In this document: piece by piece, positions 24,995 to 38,521 of the stretch
Position numbering within the stretch: the stretch's first letter is position 1
Layout of the letters: the number at the start of each line of letters is the position of its first letter
NCBI RefSeq assembly: GCF_035084215.1
Contig: NC_090345.1
Coordinates: 21,266,001 to 21,330,000 of the forward strand
DNA length: 64,000 nucleotides
Source of the DNA: Heptranchias perlo
Taxonomy: Eukaryota
Reading direction: 5' to 3'
Notes under the pieces: generated by a model
Database searches by the model: none
Told to the model about the DNA's origin: nothing
The model's input: only the letters and a program-made list of their open reading frames with translations
Program-made: the position numbers and the translations under genes

Positions 24995-25885
24995 GTTGCT
25001 ATTGAATCTGCTATCACTGCGCTTTCAGGCAGTACATTCCAGATCATATCAACTCGCTGCATAAAAAAATTCTCCTCATCTAATAGAATTACATAGAATT
25101 CATAGCACGTACATCCTGTACAGCACAGAAACAGGCCATTCGGCCCAACTGATCCATGCCAGTGTTTATGCTCCACAAGAGCCTCCTTCATCTAACCCCA
25201 TCAACATATCCTTCTATTTCTTTCTCCCTCATGTGCTTATCTAGCTTTTATGCTAGTTGCTTCAACTACTCCTTGTGGTAGCGAGTTCTACAGTCTAACC
25301 ACTCTCTAGGAAAAGAAGTTCCTCCTGAATTCCCTATTGGATTTATTAGTGACTATCTCATATTTATGACCCCTAGTCCTGCACTCCTGTGTCCTCTGGT
25401 TACCGACTCTCCTGTCAGTGCAAGCAGTTTCTCCTTATTTACTCTAAATTTGAGCACCTCTATCAAATCTTCCCTTAACCTTCTCTTTTCTAAAGAGAGC
25501 AATCCCAACTTCTCTAGTCTCTCCACATAATTGAAAGTCCCCCATCCCTGGTACCCTTCTGCTAAATCTCCTCTGCACCCTCTCCAGGGCTTTGATATCC
25601 TTCCAAAAGTGTGATGTCCAGAATTGGGCACAATACTCCAGCTGAGGCCTAACCAGTGGATTATAAAGGTTTAGCATAACTTCCTTGCTTTTGCAGTATA
25701 TGCATCTGCTTATAAAGCCAATGTGATTCCCTATGCCTTTTTAACAGTTTTATCAACTTGCCCTGTCACCTTCAAAGATTTGTGTATGTGGACCCCCAGG
25801 TCTCTCTGTTCCTGCACCTCATTAATATTGTACCATTTAGTTTATATTGCCCCTCCTCATTCTTCCTCCCAAAATGCATCATCTT
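24995..25885 (-). mobile_element. CR1 LINE 3' fragments
   Basis: LVRPQLEYCAQFW and LREDLIEVLK motifs, with a 3' tail near 25090. Confidence 0.88.
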
Positions 25886-27799
25886 ATAGTTTTGCCTCAC
25901 TTGACATTCCCCACTGTCTGCTTATTCCTGGCCTTCGGTTCTTATGTGTCTCTAGTTTCTGAGTCCGCACCCACCTGTGATGACCTTCTGCGCCACAATC
26001 TGTCTCATTTGGGATCCTATTGCGTTCTTGTCACTGCGCCTCCCCACCTCCCAAACATGTCGAGCTTAAATGATTTTCTGTTGCTGCCTCAATGTTCCTC
26101 AAATCTTTTTTCCCCTACTTGATTTAAGTGTAGCCTATTGTTTTTGCTCCAGTCTTTTGAAAGGATTCCCAGCACTAGCCTATATCTTGGGTTAATCAGT
26201 TAAAAAATGCACCAAAAACAACGAAAAATTGAGAAAAAGGATGTAGCACAAATTGAAATTCACTTCATTGAGAGACAGCTCTAGAACTACATAAATCCCA
26301 TACCAACTTTGTGCTGCCATTCTCTGATTCTCACTTTTTTATTTGTGGGATGACAACCTAATAATAAACCTTTCACTTTGGAGTGACTTGGTAGCTGCAG
26401 GGCTGAGGGATTACCTTCCCAATTGAAGAAACCAAATTCAGATCTCTGTTTCGATTAACATCCACGCAGACTGCCCTAAGGAGGTATGTTTCCATCAGTC
26501 CTTGGTAAAGGAATTGCTTTTCTGCATTGTTCAAGTTCACCTTCTGAGGAATTAACTAAAAAACAGCCTTAAGAACATGAGCACAAATGTATTTCAGCTA
26601 GACTGTTCCATCCTTGAGATCTTGGTACTCTGTGTGGGTGCTGAAGGAATTTCAAATATGAGTTTTAAAAAAAAACTTTTTGGAGTTGTCTTTGATCCAT
26701 CCAGTATTTATTACTTCTGAACTAAAGGTTATTCATGTGGAAAATAGCCTTTTTTTAATTACTATCACCTCAGAAAGAAGAATGAGCAAGCTACAGGCTA
26801 CAAGCTCATGAAATTGATTTTCCTATATGTCCAGGTTTTAAAGGCAAAATTAGCCTCCAGCCTAATCCTTGATTTTTATTGAAAGTGGTATCTTATATTT
26901 CACTTTAAAATGGACCTTCGTTTAAAGAGGAAATTGTGAATAGGTTTATTGGCTTGTAAGCACGTATTACTCTTTAACAAGAAAATAAGGGGTTCTGCAC
27001 TTGTAGCACGCTGAAAGTTGCAAACTATTAAACTAATTTTAATATTTGAATGATGCTTAATAAAATTAGAACCAGCAAAAGATAACGAAAAGACAGTTCT
27101 GCCCATCAAACCCATTTCTGACCATATGCACTCTGCTCTATTGTGGACTCATGATGAGAGTTTCCACAGTTTCTCTTTGTTCTCCCAAAGGCAAACCCGC
27201 AGAAGACTCAATTAATCTTAAATTATACATGATATATCCTAGACCATTTGCCTTGCCTTTCATTGTAGGGTATATTTTCCAATGTAGTGCACGATTGGCA
27301 CAGGGTGGTTGGAAAATCAGGGTAAGCCTACACTGCACCCAAAACACCCAGCTGGGTTGCCTTTGAATAGTTTGAGTCTCATTAAGACTACAAAAGTTAT
27401 GTTAATAGGGTGGGCCCATTGTTTCCCCAAGATTAGCAAGGGAATTCTACAAGCAGTGCTCTAGGGCAAGCTACTCCACCTCGAGCACTAAGCATGTCAA
27501 GATATATGGCGCTTCAGTGATTACTTTGGAGATAACACTTAATCAAAGTTTAATATTTCTTGCATGAATTTTCCTTTTACTAAAGTGCTAACTACTAAAA
27601 GCAGAATTTGAAATTTCTGTGTTTTAACTGCCCTGAGTTTTTAAATAATTTAGACACCTTTTAAAATTGACTCAATCTGATTATGGTTTGACTCTGGGAT
27701 TCCAAACACACTTTCTTCTGCGACTTCACTGGGAAAAGAAATTCCCCCAAGAGACTTGCAACTGCACTTTCAAACTCCCAACGGCCTAGCCGTCGGCCT

Positions 27800-28450
27800 A
27801 AATTTCTGCAACTGTTGATTTTCTCAATTACTCCCTCACCTCTAACTTTTGATGCCTTTGTTTCCCATCCCATCGTCCCCCTAGTATGGTCCCCGTCATC
27901 ACTTTATCAAGTCCGGGGGGCGCAGATATGAGTGTATCTGGTGTACAATTGGCTTAGCCATCCATCACCAGACCTGGCTGGGCGACATCAAAGGCAATCA
28001 GACCTCACTCTCTTCTGCCAAAACTGCATATTGCTCCGGGATAATTCTGGACTGCAAAGATAACAGTATGTTTTTCTGCACTATCAACTGCCTCCTTAAA
28101 CCCCTTTCTTCATCCCCATCCGTTCAGCTGCCTCGGCTGCTTTCCTCCTCTAACCTTGCCCACCAAGCTAAACCTCCCCCAACCCTGCCCTAGCCTGATC
28201 CCACATCATTCTCTAGTATTTCTCCCATCTCTCTTCCTCACGTCCTCTCGATACTCAACATATCCATGAGACTCGCCTCCTGCTTCCTTCCCCCCATTCC
28301 CACGAAACCCCTGACCACCCAACTTCTTTTCCTGGCTCCCATTGTGTAAATGGTTCCCTCTCCTGAAGCACTGTCTGCCTTCCTTTCAAAACCACAGTCA
28401 TCACTCCCTCCTCAAAAATCTCACTCTTGACTCCTCTGTCCTTGCAAACA
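27800..28450 (+). mobile_element. L2-like LINE fragments
   Basis: C-rich L2 ORF2-type sequence (ttcaaaaccacagtcatcactccctcctcaaaaa...ctctgtccttgcaaac). Confidence 0.65.
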
Positions 28451-29329
28451 ATAAATGAAGATGAAATGATCTCTGGAGCTTTCTAAACTGAAAGTATTAT
28501 TTTTTGGTAACCACTTTCAGCTTTCTCCCATTTAATAAATAATCCAGTTGCAACTTCCTTATGTCCCCATGCACCCCTCCTATGCATCCTTATCCTCTCG
28601 GAGCTTTTTTTTAAATGAGAGAATTTAGCAAAAGCCTTTCAAAACAACAAATGCCAAATGTATCTCCATTACTTGCTGTAGCTGTGACTTTTACTCCAGA
28701 AAAAAAATCCAATAAGCCTTTCCTAAATCAATGCTGACTCTAAACCTTACTATAAAGCTGAAATATTTGCTGTGATGGAGTTTTTTTTTAAGCTTCCAAC
28801 CTGTATGTTCATTTTTCTGACTGACCTAGCAAATGTGACACATCTGCTGAAATTGAAGGATTGCATTCTTTTCGACTCTGCAGTAATATATTTGGGGAAC
28901 TTCTGCTCGGCATGGACACAATTTTTGATGCATAAAAATGCAATAGATGATGAAAGTATAGTTCGCATATGACTGCTTGACTCTTCCATTCTATTCTCCC
29001 CTCTCTCCACCCCCTTTGCTGTGCATTATGCCGCTGTGACAGAATTTGTGCTGGAGATACTGTTGCTAGTTGCTCACGGACTGAGGGTGTGTCTAAGTGA
29101 GCTTGTCTGGGAATTAAAATAATAAAAAAGTGAGAGCGAACACGAGACTGACCACCTCCAGCCATTGCAGTTATAGGTTCCCTTTAAAAAGTCAGAGCCA
29201 GGTTTCTGTGTCTCTTACAGAAAATGGCCTGTTTCCAAAGCTGCAACGGGCCTACAAATGTTGTTTCGGGTTCCTTCATCAGATTCAAGTCTCAAACGTT
29301 AATTATCAATTATTTCTGCTATCTATAGG

Positions 29330-30180
29330 GTGTTCCCAGCACAAATCCCAAGATCTTCTCTTCCCGCCTCCTCCCCACCATTTCTGTTTTCCAGAAGAAC
29401 CATTACCTCTGACACCCCTGTTCACTCTTCCATCACATCCACTATTGGATGCTTTCCCACAAGAATTTTGTCAACCAGCACAGCAAATGCATCACTTGCC
29501 CATTTGCTTCTTCCCACTCCACTGTCTGAGGGTCCAAATACACTATTTATTTGAGACAGCATTTTATACATATTTGTTCTAACCTACTTTTCTATATTTC
29601 CTACTTGTGGTGTGATATCCTTTTATATTGGGGAAAATAAAGGCAGATTCTGTGATGCTTTGCTGAACATAACCGCATAATTCTCGAGCATGATCTTGAC
29701 CTCCTTGTGACTCGCACTTCCCTCACATTCACATTCTCACTCCAACCTTTCCATTATTAGTGTTCTACACTGCTCCAACCTATCTTGACACAGATTTGAG
29801 GTACAGTATCTCATTTTCTTGGGTCCACTGAACATTTAGCAGTTTCAGACTTCGCCATCTACATGTTTTCTAGCCACTGCATTCCCTTTTGTTCTCTTGA
29901 AGCAATTTTAATTACTTTACATTTTTAATGTCTTTTTACAGCCTAAGATTACCTTTACTAGCCTGCTTTTTTAAAAAAAAAAAATCTGCTTACAATTTAC
30001 TAATATTAATTGTAATTACCATAACTGTGTCCTTGCCCATTATCTTTTATTTTCTCAACTCATTTTGTTTTGGTCAGCTCTATTAAGGAGCCTCTTTCTG
30101 TTTTCTTATCCATTTTGACCTATCTTGTCTCTTCAGATGTTGAATAATCTGTCTCTTTCTGGTGTTTTCCTTACAGTTTT
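29330..30180 (+). mobile_element. Decayed Penelope-like element 3' region with GIY-YIG endonuclease remnant
   Basis: tat att ggg gaa aat aaa ggc aga (YIGENKGR) at 29624, followed by FAEH-like, HSHSNLS and QYLIF-like segments typical of PLE GIY-YIG domains. Confidence 0.6.
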
Positions 30181-31234
30181 TTTGACTTGTACAAAATATG
30201 TTCTTACATAATCTATATAATGGCATGAATAGTAATTTCAGAACAGATGTTGAAAAGGTTTACAGTACTTCTCCATCAGTGCTTTAGAAACAAATTCTTC
30301 AACTAGAAGTGAAGTGAATAATGGCTTGTCACAATTAATTGTGTTCCTGCGCTTAAAGTATTCTACTATATGCATTAGAATGAGGACAGGAAAGACATTT
30401 TTTGGTTCTTAGCCAAAGATTAGAATACTGTTGTAGAAATAATGAGCCATAAAATATTTATCACAGTATGTTTCTTGAATGTATTCACATATTCCCAATT
30501 AGTCCTTGATCATTTTTGAAAAGTTTTACCAAATCATGGTGTTATATTTGGAAATAACAGCTGTGTTTCAGTCCACTGAATTCTCAATACCATTTACAGC
30601 TTCTACCATATAGCGGAGCGGATTGCCAACTACTTAATCAGTTTACCAAAATACGATTAACCCAGGCAACCATTTAACATTTTTGTTTTATGAAGAGAAA
30701 AAACAAATTGCTCGAGTTAGGTTGCAAAATATATTAGTACAATGTCTTTCTTTATGACCAGGGCTCAAAGATCTTTCTCGTGCTGCTTTAAGCTGTGCAG
30801 ATATGGGATAACTAGCAGAAAGTTGAATATTTTTGAATTTGACAATCAGTGACAGTATTTTCAAATGAGGTATCCACATATCAATGTCAATGCTAGATTC
30901 TAAAATAATAAAGTGCTGGAAATGTATAGCAGATCAGTCTACATTTGAAAGAGAAAGATTAATGCTTCAGGTTTGCCCCTTTGTGCAAATTGAATAGTCA
31001 ACCTTTATAGTACTGACAAATGTAGCGATTACATCAGCCCCCCAGTCTCAAAGCATTCTGTGTTTACTGCCACACTTCAGCGTTTGATTATTCTTGTACC
31101 TTCTCATAGCTGAACTGAGTTTGCCAGAATTTCATTTGGGACACTTGGGTAGAAGGAAAGGGGAGATGCAGTTGGTTTTACTCCCTTTGTCAAAATACTA
31201 TATTGGTAAGGGATTAATTTACTTTCTTTTCCAG

Positions 31235-31420
31235 AGTTGAAAGAAAGTCTGTCCCGCATGGGCTCAGATTTAAAACAAGGCTTCATTAGCTCTCTGAAGA
31301 ATGCTTGGCAGACGCTGAATGAGTTTGCACGCGCCCACACCTCTTCAACTCAGCTGCAAGCTGAGCTAGAGAAAGTAGCTAATCAAATTAAAGAAGAAGA
31401 AGAAAAACATGTGGAGGAAG
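31235..31420 (+). CDS. SEC23IP: SEC23IP exon (ELKESLSRMGSDLKQGFISSLKNAWQTLNEFARAHTSSTQLQAELEKVANQIKEEEEKHVEE)
   Basis: ctttcttttccag acceptor and AAG|GTAAAC donor; 186 nt, phase 1/1. The peptide matches SEC23IP rather than DDHD1/DDHD2 as I recall them. Confidence 0.96.
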
Positions 31421-31559
31421 GTAAACTTTACAGCATTTTCCCTTAACTATTAAAATGTAAGAAATTATAGGGAGATATATTTATTTGCACAAAGACCAGA
31501 GATTTCCTCTAATGCTGTGCACTACTCAACCATCACTGTGATGTGCATCTTAATATGTT

Positions 31560-32520
31560 TATATTGTCTGAAAGCATGATTTATTTTTAGTTTTAGGAAG
31601 AGGGTAGACTCTTGGGGGACTGTGAAGGGGATAATGGAGAAAGAAGCCATTGCTGGAGATGCTATGGCTATTTTTGGATAAGTGGGAATGAAACCATACA
31701 AGGGCAGATTCACAGAGCTTAGGTGATGGATGACTGGCATTGGAGGAAGAGGAGGATGGTATAGTCAACCTCGTTGAATGCTGTGAAGAGGTTGAGGAGG
31801 AAAAGGAAGGATAATGCATCACAGTCACAATCACAGAGGATGTTATTCATGAATTTGGTTAGGGCTGTTTGATGCTGTGAGAAGGGTGGAAGGTGGACTG
31901 AAAGGATTGGAACAAGGAGTTATGGAAATGATGGGTGTGGAGCTGAGAGTTGACGACATGCTCATGGACCTTAAGAAAGAGAGGTTAGAGATGAGGCATT
32001 AATCGGTGAGAACAGAAGGGTCAAGGGTAGATTTATTTTTTCAGGAGTGGAATGCTAATGGCAATTTTGAAGGATACACACGACTAGGAGAGAGAACTAT
32101 TAACTATGTCAGCTAGCATGGGGGCCAGTAACGGAAGTTGGGTGGTCCGGAGTTGACTGAGAAGGAGATCAAGCGAGCAGGAGATGGTTCTCATAGTTGA
32201 GATGAGCTTGAAGGGGGCAGGGGATGATGGGAAGCAACTGGAAAGAGACAAGGGTTCAGGGTGAGAGTGGTTGGGGGACTGGAGCTAGCTGGTGGCTGGG
32301 GACAAGATGAAATGGGATGTCTCAGCAGATGCAGCTGTATGCAACTCCGATCTTGGTGATGAGTAAATTTATGAACCCTTTGTACTTGGTGTTTGAGGTG
32401 ATGGTGGAGAGCTGGTAGTTTTGCTGGGAACATGGACATTGAAAGTAGAAGTGGAGGAGTAGTTAAGCAAATTGACAGTTGCAGAGGTGTCATGACAAAT
32501 AGGGGGATAGAGGCAAACGT
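31560..32520 (-). mobile_element. L2-like LINE fragments
   Basis: Purine-rich on the + strand; minus-strand ALVWFHSHLS and VPQESTL RT-like motifs. Confidence 0.65.
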
Positions 32521-32664
32521 TTTAGAATCTTTAAAGTGTCTTGGCTTCAATAGATTCAAGATTCAGAAAATGTGGAAAGGAATAAGAAGCTGATGATAAC
32601 AATTGGATTAAGTAAATTTCCGAATTGGAGCATAACCTATTATTTCTTTTTTGTTGCATCCATC

Positions 32665-32850
32665 TTGCTGCTGGTTCACGTGTAAGCCAGACCTGGAGGA
32701 TTGGCAGGCTCCCTTCTCTGAAGGACGTTAGTGTACTTTACTATAAATTACTAGATTTATTAAAGTCAATTTCATGATTTGCCATGGTGGAATTTGAATT
32801 CTCAGCCCTGGGTTGCTTGTCCAGTACCATAACCACTACACTGCCACACC
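32665..32850 (-). mobile_element. tRNA-derived SINE (decayed)
   Basis: Minus strand ggcagtgtagtggttatggtactggac...gaattcaaattccaccatggca has A/B-box-like motifs, followed by a cactaacgtccttcag...gcctgcc body. Confidence 0.55.
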
Positions 32851-33214
32851 CTTCATGTTCCTTTCCACATTTTCTTTCTCTGATGATGTGTCTAATGCAT
32901 GCCATTGGATTTACGTTGATAAGTGCAGACAATTTAGATAACTTAGAATAGACAAGGTTGCCTGAAATCTAAGGATCCCCAGGATTCTGAAGATGTGAAA
33001 GAGAAATTGAAGCAGATTCACTTCATACAAGGAACACTCAAAAGCAGTGCTTCGCTTAGGAAATTCAGTCCCTTTCTCCCCTGGGGCATTGAACATTTAG
33101 GCATTCTTTGACGTGGGGAGGGAGGAGGAATTGGACAACTCTTAAGTTGTGTGTCTTTATAATACAGCATTAGCCTACTCCCAATTGTCAATAAAGTGAC
33201 AGAAGTAGTCAGCA

Positions 33215-34445
33215 GTGACTACAATAATCACCAATAACTTCCTCGCCAACACTCAAATTGGGTTCTACCAGGACTGTTCAGTTCGAAACCTCACCACGTC
33301 TTTGATCCAGACATGAACACAGAGCTGAATGTCAGAAGTGAGATGAGAGTAGCTGCCCTCGACATCAAGGCTGCATTCAACTGAGTATGGCACTAAGGAG
33401 CACTAGGAAAACTGAGGTCAGTAGGATCAGAGGAAAACCTCTTCTATGGCCGGAGTCATTCCTGACACAAAGGAAGATGGTCATGGTTGTCAGAGGCCAA
33501 TGATTTTAGTCTCAGGACAAGACTGCAGGAGTTTCTGAGGGAAATGGCTTTGGCCCAACCATCTTCAGTTGCTTTATCAATGACCTTCCCTCCATCATAA
33601 GGTCAGAAGTGGGGCTATTCACTGACTATTCTACAGATTCCATTCACAACTCCTCCAATGATGAAGAAGCCCTTGCTTGTCTACAGCAGGACTTGAACAA
33701 CATCCAGGCTTGGTCTGGTGAGCAGCAGGTAATATTTCCACCACAAGCATCCAGTAATGACCTCCTTGAGCAAGAGAAAACTCAGCCATCTCCCCCCTGG
33801 CCTTCACCAGCACCACCATCACCGGTCCTCCGCCATATATATGCTGGGGAGGGTCACCCTTGATGAGAAACTTAACTGGACCAGCCATGTCAACAACGTG
33901 ATTTCAGGAGCATGGTGGAGGTTTGATACATTGTGACTCATCTCTGGACAAAGCTTCTCCATGAACTACAAAGCTCAGGTCACCATTCATCTGGATGGAG
34001 GCAGGTGCAACAACACTCTAGAAGTTCAGCATCATCCAGGACAGTACAGTTTGTTTCATCAACACCTCTACCAGTGGACTTATTATCCACATCCTCCATC
34101 ACCAGTGTTCTGTGACTGTAATATCTACAGGATGCACTGCAGCAATTCACAACATTTACTTCAACGGCACCTCCCTTCCCTGAGACCTCTATCGTCAATA
34201 AAAACAAGAGCAGCAACGTCATGGGAACATCATATCTGCAAGTTCCCCTCTAAGTCACACGCCATCCTGATTTGGATATATATTACCGTTCATTTATTGT
34301 CACTTGGTCGATATCCTGGATGTTTCTGCTTAAAACCATCATGGGAGCACGGGAAGTTCAAGAAGGCCCACCACCATCTTGGGGTAATTAGGGACGAGTA
34401 ATAAATGCAGCCTTGCCAGCATTATCCATGTTTTGCGAACAAATA
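33215..34445 (+). mobile_element. CR1-superclade LINE, second family (older copy)
   Basis: ALDIKAAF and FINDLPSII motifs, tail aataaatgcagccttgccagc; homologous to 50545-51830. Confidence 0.85.
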
Positions 34446-34955
34446 GAAAAATATCCAGTGAATTTTATAACATGTTATTCTTATAACCAGATCAGTTTGC
34501 AAAGTATATGCTGGCACATGTATGGCTAGCATATACTTTGCTAGCCAGGAAGGAAGGCTTTTTGGCTTTTAGTTACATGTAGGCTTAATTAAAATCTGAT
34601 TTGCATCTCAGCCCCAAATCTGTCTTAATCATTCTTGTCTGTCCAACTTTCCCAATCTCTTTCCTATACATAGAAAAAAAAACAAGCATTGACATTAACT
34701 TAAAATTGCAGTGTTAAAATGTAAACTGCCTAGAACATCTGTCAAAGTAAAATGTTGATTATAAGCTTTTCACCTTGATGATCTAGTTGTTCAACAGTTT
34801 GTTTATTACTGGGTTGAGAAGAAAGTGAAATACATATAGGAATTATCTATCTTGAATTTCTTCAGCTAACTTGATGCAACTTGGCCACTTTGGTTTATTT
34901 TCTTGTATTATGTTATGAAACTGCCTGACTTAAATTGCAGTCAATTAAATTCTAG

Positions 34956-35118
34956 AACAAAAGTTGGTGGAAAGTCCAGAATCACCCAAGGATGAGGATT
35001 CAACAGTGAAGATTGGAATGCTGAATGGAGGACACCGTATTGATTATGTTCTACAAGAAAAACCAATTGAGAGTTTCAATGAATATCTGTTTGCTCTTCA
35101 GAGCCACTTATGTTACTG
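34956..35118 (+). CDS. SEC23IP: SEC23IP exon ([55 protein letters not shown])
   Basis: ttctag acceptor and TG|GTAAGA donor; 163 nt, phase 1/2. Carries the RIDY (D) and SHLCYW (H) residues of DDHD. Confidence 0.94.
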
Positions 35119-35250
35119 GTAAGAACACAAGCTTTTTTTTTAAGAAAAGCAGGTATTAACAGTTTAGTCTTGAGTTAATTTGCAGCTCTTGGGACTCCAA
35201 GTTCACATTTTTGGGTAATATTGCAGTGTATTATGTGCAAGAAAGACCAT

Positions 35251-35370
35251 GGGAATAATTTTTATCTAACGTTTGAAGCCAATGGAAAGTAAAATCGGGC
35301 AGGGTATAAAATGGGCATCCAATCCAATTCTGTCAGTTTACCGCCAGGCAGGTTAGATTAAAACTACCAC
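35251..35370. mobile_element. Possible tiny degenerate MITE
   Basis: Left end GGGAATAATTTTTATCTAAC versus the reverse complement of the right end, GTGGTAGTTTTAATCTAAC; internal TAAAATCGGGC. Confidence 0.4.
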
Positions 35371-37109
35371 TCCCACCCATAGAATCTTACAGCACAGAAA
35401 GAGGCCATTTGGCCCATCATGCCTGTGCCGGCTCTTTGAAAGAGCTGTCCAATTTAGTCCCATGCCTCTAAGTACTCCACCATTTCTTCACACAAATTCA
35501 GGCCCAACTTTTCAGAGTTCTTTAGGTGTGGGCTATCCATGTTAAACTGTCCTGCTCAATTTTCAGTGTATATCATTCACCCTCCTCTACACAACTGCTT
35601 CAGTCACAAATTAAAACCAATTATCCTACTCCATTTTATACCATTATCAATCAGCACTGAAAATATCCCCAACAGAATTAGTTATGCACTTAAACAAAGT
35701 GGTAAATTTTACAATAAATTTATAATGTTGTTTGAAAGTATTCTCCTAGCTCAATTTAGTATTTTTATTGCTTTAGTCCTGTGAGTAGTTATAAACACTC
35801 CAGTCAGTAGAGTAGAACTTTCAAGAGTCAAGAGGTTAAGTATTTTCCCATGTAATAGATTCTCGACAACCAATAGTAATGATAACCGTTGTTAATCCTC
35901 TTGTGCTATTTCTACACCTAATACATGGAGCATACAAACCTCTCCACATAAAAAATCTAAAAGAGGATAAAAAAATCTCCATAAAATTGAAATTGTATTG
36001 ATTGAAATAACTGATACAGGGACGTTTTTAGAGTATGAGTTCAGTTAACAACTATGAAATGTTTGAACTTACTGTTATGGTTTATAACTTTGTTTGAACC
36101 CACTGATTAAGTTGTAACCTTATAATTACTCCCAGGTATACATTAATTGCTCGATCTTTCTAAAATCTTTAAACTATTTCTTGAAAGTTGCCTCTTCCTG
36201 AGTGAATTGTTAAAGCTGATTGCTCATTACTAGGATTACTGGGAGGGGTTTTCTAAACTATTTAAAATGTAACCTTAAATTCAAGGATATCACTTCAATT
36301 GGTAGATATGTATTATGTCCAATGCTTTTTTTCTATGGCTGCAGATTTGATTACAAATTATCTGTACTACCAAGTTGAAAGTACTGTACACAGCAGTCCA
36401 AAGGGACTTGTGTTATTGAACAACCAGCTGTCTTGATTCTAATGTTAATACTTACATTAGGATAATTTACGGCAATTAAAAGCCCTGTAGTGTTCTCTTA
36501 AGCATTTAATTATGATGAGTATATTCATTAAATTTAAGGACAGCACAAACAACTAAAGGAGTTTTTAATATGCACAGATTTTGCATATTTATAACTTAGC
36601 ACCTGTGCAGTCCAAAAAGTACAACTTTATTTCCTTTCATTTTTTCTTGCTTTCAAGTGAGCAGTTAACAATTCAGTGTTGCAGTCAAGTGTAGAGCATT
36701 CATTATAGAGAGGATGTTGCAAGTATGAAACTGTATTTGACTAGAGTACAGACATTTCATGCAAGAAACACTGAAGCATGCTTGCTATTGACCTAAATCT
36801 GAACATGTGTGGGGTGAGTATGATGGAAGGAGCGAAGCTCAGTGAGGTTAACTCAAGTAATAAAATGCTGATGTATTGGCAAGTGGCGAGGTGTCTCTCA
36901 CAGCTTTCAGGTCACCACTAGAACTCAATTAACTTGACGAGTCAAAAAATTGGGGCCAAGGTAGCTAAAATCAGAATAAAAGCATGAAAATAATAGCTGT
37001 TAGTGGGCTGTGGGAATACTGTAATGGCAATTGCCCAGTGATTTATATTGTAAATACAACATTAACTTCAACACAGGGCAGCTGAGGGAAGAATGAGAGA
37101 TGCAGAGTT

Positions 37110-37610
37110 TCAGTCAATGGTAACTTGTGTTTGCCCTGCACATTTCATGCAGAAGAATATCAGGATGCACTAAGAAACATGTATGAAGAGAACAAGAGAG
37201 ATTGAAGAGAGATGTTTCTAAGAGGCTTTTGAAGGAAGTTGGAGAAGTGGCGAGGCAGAAAAACCTGGGTAAAATGTTCCAGAGGGCAGGGACATGGCAA
37301 CTGAAAGACTGACCACTGATGGTAGAGTTGATGGAGTAGCTAACGAACACCCAGCCAGAATCATAGCAGCAGACGGTGCGTGCTGGGACATATAGTTGGG
37401 AGAGATCATCATGTTAGAATAGGAAGATTTGTAAATGAAGACAAGAACCTTGAAATCAGTATGCTGGGGAACAGGGAGCCAGTAGGGCTTGGCAAGAGCA
37501 GGTAATGGGAATGAATGGAAAGATTCACATTGCAGAGTTTTGGATTAATTGGCATTTGTGAAGGATGGAGGAGGGGAGACCAATGTGGAGGGCTTTCAAG
37601 AAATCAATCC
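37110..37610 (-). mobile_element. L2-like LINE 3' fragment (old)
   Basis: PALWNILP...SFKSLLETSLF on the minus strand. Confidence 0.7.
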
Positions 37611-37874
37611 TTAATGAAAGTGAGATGATCAGTTGGATAAGTAAATGTCATATTAAAAATCTGAAATGACAGTTTGTTAGTTACTTAAACCTGTTCTGCT
37701 ATTGGTTGCCTCACTTTCAGTCTGGTACATTTATGTAACAAATTATTATCCACAACCAAGATTCTGCTAATTAACTGGGCCCGAACACAGCCAGAAATGA
37801 CAAGTTTAATCCATATGGATAGAAAAAAACAGGACCCAGACCCCACAGTAGCAGTAAAATTACATTTTAAAATA

Positions 37875-38245
37875 TGTTCTTACTGCAGTTATACAGGGCC
37901 TTGGTGAGACCACACCTGGAGTATTGTGTGCAGTTTTGGTCTCCTTACCCAAGAAAGGATATACTTGCCATTGAGGGAGTGCAGCGAAGGTTCACCAGAC
38001 TGATTCCTGGGATGGCAGGACTGTCGTATGAGGAGAGATTGGATCGACTCGGCCTGTATTCACTCTAGTTTAGAAGAATGAGAGGGGATCTCATTGAAAC
38101 ATATAAAATTCTGACAGGGCTAGACAGACTGGATGCAGGGAGGATGTTTCCCCTGGCTTGGGGGGGGGGGTCCAGAACGAGGGGTCACAGTCTCAGGATA
38201 CGGGGTAGGACATTTAGGACTGAGATGAGGAGAAATCTCTTCACT
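37875..38245 (+). mobile_element. CR1 fragment (young subfamily, no 3' tail)
   Basis: [20 protein letters not shown]...MRGDLIETYKIL. Confidence 0.92.
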
Positions 38246-38521
38246 GCTTCTATTTTCTATGTTTCTATGTGTCACTTTTTGCATTTGGGTATTGCTAATC
38301 AAATCAGACAGTTTGGCTTTTCACATACTCATGTGCTGACAAGCGTGACTTTTAAAAAGTAAATGAGTTTCTGATCCAGGTGTTACTGCTCCATATACTG
38401 GAAGTTTGGGGAATAACATTGCTATTTTTAAAAAAGAAGAAAATCGTTTACCCAATATTTTGATTTATTTCAAATTAAATTTGTACATTTGATTTTCCCC
38501 CACAAAAGCCAGCGCATTCCA

